Source of the DNA: Candidatus Methylomirabilota bacterium
GTDB lineage: Bacteria; Methylomirabilota; Methylomirabilia; Rokubacteriales; CSP1-6
NCBI GenBank assembly: GCA_046726415.1
Contig: JBKPAK010000255.1
Span: 1-10,198, forward strand
Direction of reading: 5' to 3'
DNA length: 10,198 nucleotides
Part shown: positions 7,277-10,198 of the stretch, piece by piece
Numbering within the stretch: position 1 is the stretch's first letter
How the letters are laid out: each line of letters starts with the position of its first letter
Notes under the pieces: generated by a model
The model's database searches: none
What the model saw: the letters and a program-made list of their open reading frames with translations, nothing else
Told to the model about the DNA's origin: nothing
Translations under genes and position numbers: made by a program

Positions 7277-7648
7277 CTAGTGTCCTGAATTAGAGATTCG
7301 ATGACAAAAGCGGGCGACGCGGGCCAGGATCTCATCCGCCGTCTTCGTCCACACGAACGGCTTGGGGCGCTCATTCGTAATGTCGATGTAGCGACGGATG
7401 GCCGCCTCCAGTTCCCGGGTGCTGCGGTGGACGCCGCGCCGAAGTTGTTTCTCAGTGAGGGCCGCGAACCAGCGCTCCACGAGGTTCATCCAGAAGCCGC
7501 TGGTGGGCGTGAAGTGGACATGGAACCGCGGATGGCGCACTAGCCAGCGGTGAATCAACGGGGTCTTATGCGTGCTGGCGTTATCAACGACCAGGTGAAT
7601 GTCCAGCTCGGCCGGGACGGCGGCGTCGATCGTCACCAGGAACTTCCG
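7277..7648 (-). mobile_element. IS630-family transposase C-terminal fragment with right end
   Basis: RKFLVTIDAAVPAELDIHLVVDNASTHK...HFTPTSGFWMNLVERWF...PKPFVWTKTADEIL. The stop codon overlaps the terminal GGACAC-TA; TA is the IS630 target. Confidence 0.93.
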
Positions 7649-7896
7649 AGAGGCAAATCCAGAGGATGCGGTCCTGGCGGCGGAGCCGCGGGCGCGAGAG
7701 CGACCGCTGCAGGACCATCAATTGATGGCGCAGAGCAACGTTCTCGGAGCGTAACGGCGGTGGAGCGGCCGAGAAGGGCGCGGAGGAAGGTCCAGACGCC
7801 CAGGACGAGGATCATTGCAGCTCCCAACGGTGAGGGATGAAGGGCTGGCCGAAATTCTACATCAGGCTTTTGAACGTCGAGTTTTTGACCGGGACA
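7647..7896 (-). mobile_element. Left end and N-terminal fragment of an integrase-core-domain (IS481/IS3-like) transposase
   Basis: Starts TGTCCCGGTCAAAAACTCG at 7896. GGAG RBS and ATG at 7815. With one frameshift it reads MILVLGVWTFLRALLGRSTAVTL/ENVALRHQLMVLQRSLSRPRLRRQDRILWICLS, the characteristic ENxALRHQLxVLxR N-terminus. Confidence 0.78.
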
Positions 7897-8093
7897 ACAT
7901 CCTCAAGGCGCTGGCCATGGGCGCGCAGGGCGTGTGCGTCGGCCGGGCCTACATCTGGGGACTCGGCGCGTTCGGCAAGCCCGGCGTCGAGCGCGTGCTC
8001 GAGCTGCTGCGCTTCGAGCTGCGCGTCGCCATGCAGCAGGTCGGCGCGCCGACGATCAAGCACCTCGTGCCGGCGCTGGTGCGCCGGGGTTAG
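7897..8093 (+). pseudogene. FMN-dependent alpha-hydroxy-acid dehydrogenase/oxidase, C-terminal fragment
   Basis: ILKALAMGAQGVCVGRAYIWGLGAFGKPGVERVLELLRFELRVAMQQVG. It begins exactly at the TGT end of the adjacent IS. Confidence 0.88.
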
Positions 8094-9535
8094 CCGCCGA
8101 CCGCCTTGAGGCCCGCGAGCTCCCTGGCCAGGGCGACGCACGCGCTCGTGTCGTAGGTGCTCGCGAGCCGCTGCTTGTTGGTCGCGAGACCGCCCACGTT
8201 GTACATCTCGAAGAGGAGCTGGCGGGAGCCGAAAGAGTCACAGGCGTACTCCCAGGCCAGCTTGAGCAGACGAAAGCGTTCAAGGGCCCCCTCATCGCGG
8301 GCGACAAAATAGCGGTGCAAGTGCACGCCGATGTCGGGATTGAGAAGATCGGCCTGGCCCGGGGCCATCAGGATGCCAGGGCCGCAGATTTCCCGGATAT
8401 GTTGCAGCACGGACGGATAGCGCTCGATCGCGAAGATGCGAGCCGCCAGGGCCGTGGTCGGGTTGGGCAGGGCCAGGCCGGATGGTGAGCGGACCGGATT
8501 CGCCTCGGCGGCCTGGATGAACGCCCGCAGGGTTTCCAGATAGACCATGGCATCGGCCAGGGCCGTCTGGACAGCCGGCTGTGTGGTGGTACCCAGCGAG
8601 TCGGCAATGGCGGCGCAGATGCCGAGCAGCACCTCGGCCTTGACGGCCATGCGCACCAGCACGTACCAGGGACCAAGACCGATCGCACCCTGAAAGAGTC
8701 GCGTCTCGAAAGCGAGATCGAGAGCCGGGGAGCGCCGCAGATAGAAGACCCGTTCCCACGGGATGAACACGTCGTCGAACACCACGATGGAGTCCATCTC
8801 ATCCCAGGACGGGCTGACCGGATGGTCCGCGGGGTTGGTGGACGCCAGCGACTCGCGGCAGATGACGTGGATGCCATCGGCGTTCACCGGCGCGGCAAAG
8901 TACACACTTTCTTCGGGCGTGAGGTCGGGCCGTGGCGCCGTCATGCAGAAGAGCTCGTTGGCATAGGGAGCCTGCGTCCCCACGCCTTTGGCCCCTCGCA
9001 CGATGATGCCGTCGGGACGCCGGGCCACGACCCGCAATGGCTCCTGCTTGGCCACCGGGTGATTCCGGTGATGCAAGGGATTGCTGAACACGGTTGCGAT
9101 GCTGCGATCATTCTCGCGGCAGTACTCGAAATAGTGGGCGGCGCGTTCGGCAAAGGCCGGGTCCTCGCGGCCCAGGAGCTCGCGCACGTCGTAGAGCCCG
9201 AGCACCACCGTCGCCAGGTGCTGGGGCAACCGAGCCGCCACGCCGCCCGCCCGGCGCACGAGACACTCGTACATCGACCGCTGTCGCGCGAGATCTTCCA
9301 CCGACCGCGGCAGGAGATAGGCCCGGCTCACTGGCTGGCCCGTGCTGGGCGATGGGACGGTCAGCAGTTCCTGGTGCGCCACGTCGTGCTGCAGGTCGTA
9401 GACGGCGGCCACGCTGCGCGCGCAACCGGCCAGCGCGGGGTGGGTGGTGACGTCCTCCACCCGCTGGCCCATCAGCCACAATCGGCGCCCGTCCCGGAGG
9501 CTCTCCAGATACTCCGCTCCCCGACGTATGGGCAT
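8090..9535 (-). CDS. 4-hydroxyphenylacetate 3-hydroxylase-family (HpaB-like) flavin-dependent monooxygenase, oxygenase component
   Basis: 481 aa with RBS AGGAGGT. Motifs GAEYLESLRDGR, VEDVTTHP, DGIIVRGAK, DEMDSIVVFDDVFIPWERVF, RFRLLKLAWE, FGSRQLLFEMY. Confidence 0.93.
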   Translation of the reverse strand: MPIRRGAEYLESLRDGRRLWLMGQRVEDVTTHPALAGCARSVAAVYDLQHDVAHQELLTVPSPSTGQPVSRAYLLPRSVEDLARQRSMYECLVRRAGGVAARLPQHLATVVLGLYDVRELLGREDPAFAERAAHYFEYCRENDRSIATVFSNPLHHRNHPVAKQEPLRVVARRPDGIIVRGAKGVGTQAPYANELFCMTAPRPDLTPEESVYFAAPVNADGIHVICRESLASTNPADHPVSPSWDEMDSIVVFDDVFIPWERVFYLRRSPALDLAFETRLFQGAIGLGPWYVLVRMAVKAEVLLGICAAIADSLGTTTQPAVQTALADAMVYLETLRAFIQAAEANPVRSPSGLALPNPTTALAARIFAIERYPSVLQHIREICGPGILMAPGQADLLNPDIGVHLHRYFVARDEGALERFRLLKLAWEYACDSFGSRQLLFEMYNVGGLATNKQRLASTYDTSACVALARELAGLKAVGG

Positions 9536-9576
9536 GGTTCACCTCCTCGACGAGCGAGACGCAGCGGTACTGAGCC

Positions 9577-9960
9577 TCAGGCGCTTGGGAGCAGCTCGGC
9601 GCGGTAACTTCGCCGCAACGTGTTGAGCTTCAGCGGCACCGGCGAGCCGAGCCACATCGCGTAGATGCTGTGGTCATCGCCCGAGTCGTTGGTCAACGGG
9701 TGGACCAGCACGTCAAGGCCGTCGCGGTGCAGCATCAGCCACTCGACGACGGGCCCGAACTGCTCGGGCTTGAAGATGACCTGCACGTTGGCGACGGGAT
9801 GCGGTCCGATCGGCTCGTCACGGAAGCCGCCGAACTCGACCTTGAACTTCTCGCCGATGACGGCGCACAGCCGCTCGGCGGTCGGACGCGTCTTCTGCGG
9901 ATCGTAGTAGATGTGCGCGTGATAGCCCCGGTTCGCGATGGTGTCGGCAGCGTCGGTCAT
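9577..9960 (-). CDS. DOPA 4,5-dioxygenase-family protein (127 aa)
   Basis: YHAHIYYD, PIGPHP, WLMLHRDGLDVLVHPLT, DHSIYAMWLG. AGGAGG RBS before ATG 9960; alternative start at 10005. Confidence 0.92.
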   Translation of the reverse strand: MTDAADTIANRGYHAHIYYDPQKTRPTAERLCAVIGEKFKVEFGGFRDEPIGPHPVANVQVIFKPEQFGPVVEWLMLHRDGLDVLVHPLTNDSGDDHSIYAMWLGSPVPLKLNTLRRSYRAELLPSA

Positions 9961-10021
9961 CGTGCGTCCTCCTGGAGCGTTCGGGTCGTTTGCATCATAA
10001 GACATCTCGGAGGGTCTAGGC

Positions 10022-10198
10022 TGTCCGGACTCGGAAAGGTGTTGACACTCGTGCGCGCCCAGAGTGGGGCATGGAGTTAGCTCGCCACCGCCGCGGCGCC
10101 CCAGAAGAGGTCGGCGGGCATGTGGCCGAGGAGCCGGTAGCCTTGGTGCGGCCGCTGCTCGTTATAGAACTTCAGGAACCCGTCGAGGGGCCGCTGCA
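10022..10198 (-). mobile_element. IS481-family element: transposase C-terminus (stop 10077-10079) and right end; runs off the window
   Basis: QRPLDGFLKFYNEQRPHQGYRLLGHMPADLFWGAAAVAS* contains the YN-x-x-RPH motif. The end reads TGTCAACACCTTTCCGAGTCCGGACA, an ACA terminus. Confidence 0.88.

Noticed and set aside
7815-8093. ORF 7815-8093 as a complete 92-aa gene
   Set aside because: Its first ~27 codons are antisense IS sequence. Only 7897-8093 is dehydrogenase-derived.

Overview
GC-rich bacterial accessory region made largely of nested and truncated mobile elements. It holds a frameshifted IS110 transposase, the 3' remnant of a second IS110-family (IS1111-type) element with its non-coding end intact, an IS91/ISCR-type rolling-circle transposase remnant, four oriIS-like ends, and IS630 and IS481-like fragments. 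Intact cargo genes are a secreted alpha/beta-hydrolase-domain protein, an HpaB-family monooxygenase and a DOPA 4,5-dioxygenase. There are also gene fragments (amidohydrolase, tannase-like, FMN dehydrogenase) and a frameshifted secreted protein. Main finding: the non-coding end of the IS1111-type remnant folds into a bridge/seek-RNA-like structure whose four guides can be read directly. They predict target ATGTTGC-CT-ACGCT and donor GACTCCC-CT-TCTAT, and match the real junction at 6098-6111 at 13/14 nt. The predicted target is the conserved oriIS end of IS91-like elements, which suggests an RNA-guided IS that parasitises rolling-circle transposon origins. Family calls come from motif recognition only; no database search was run.
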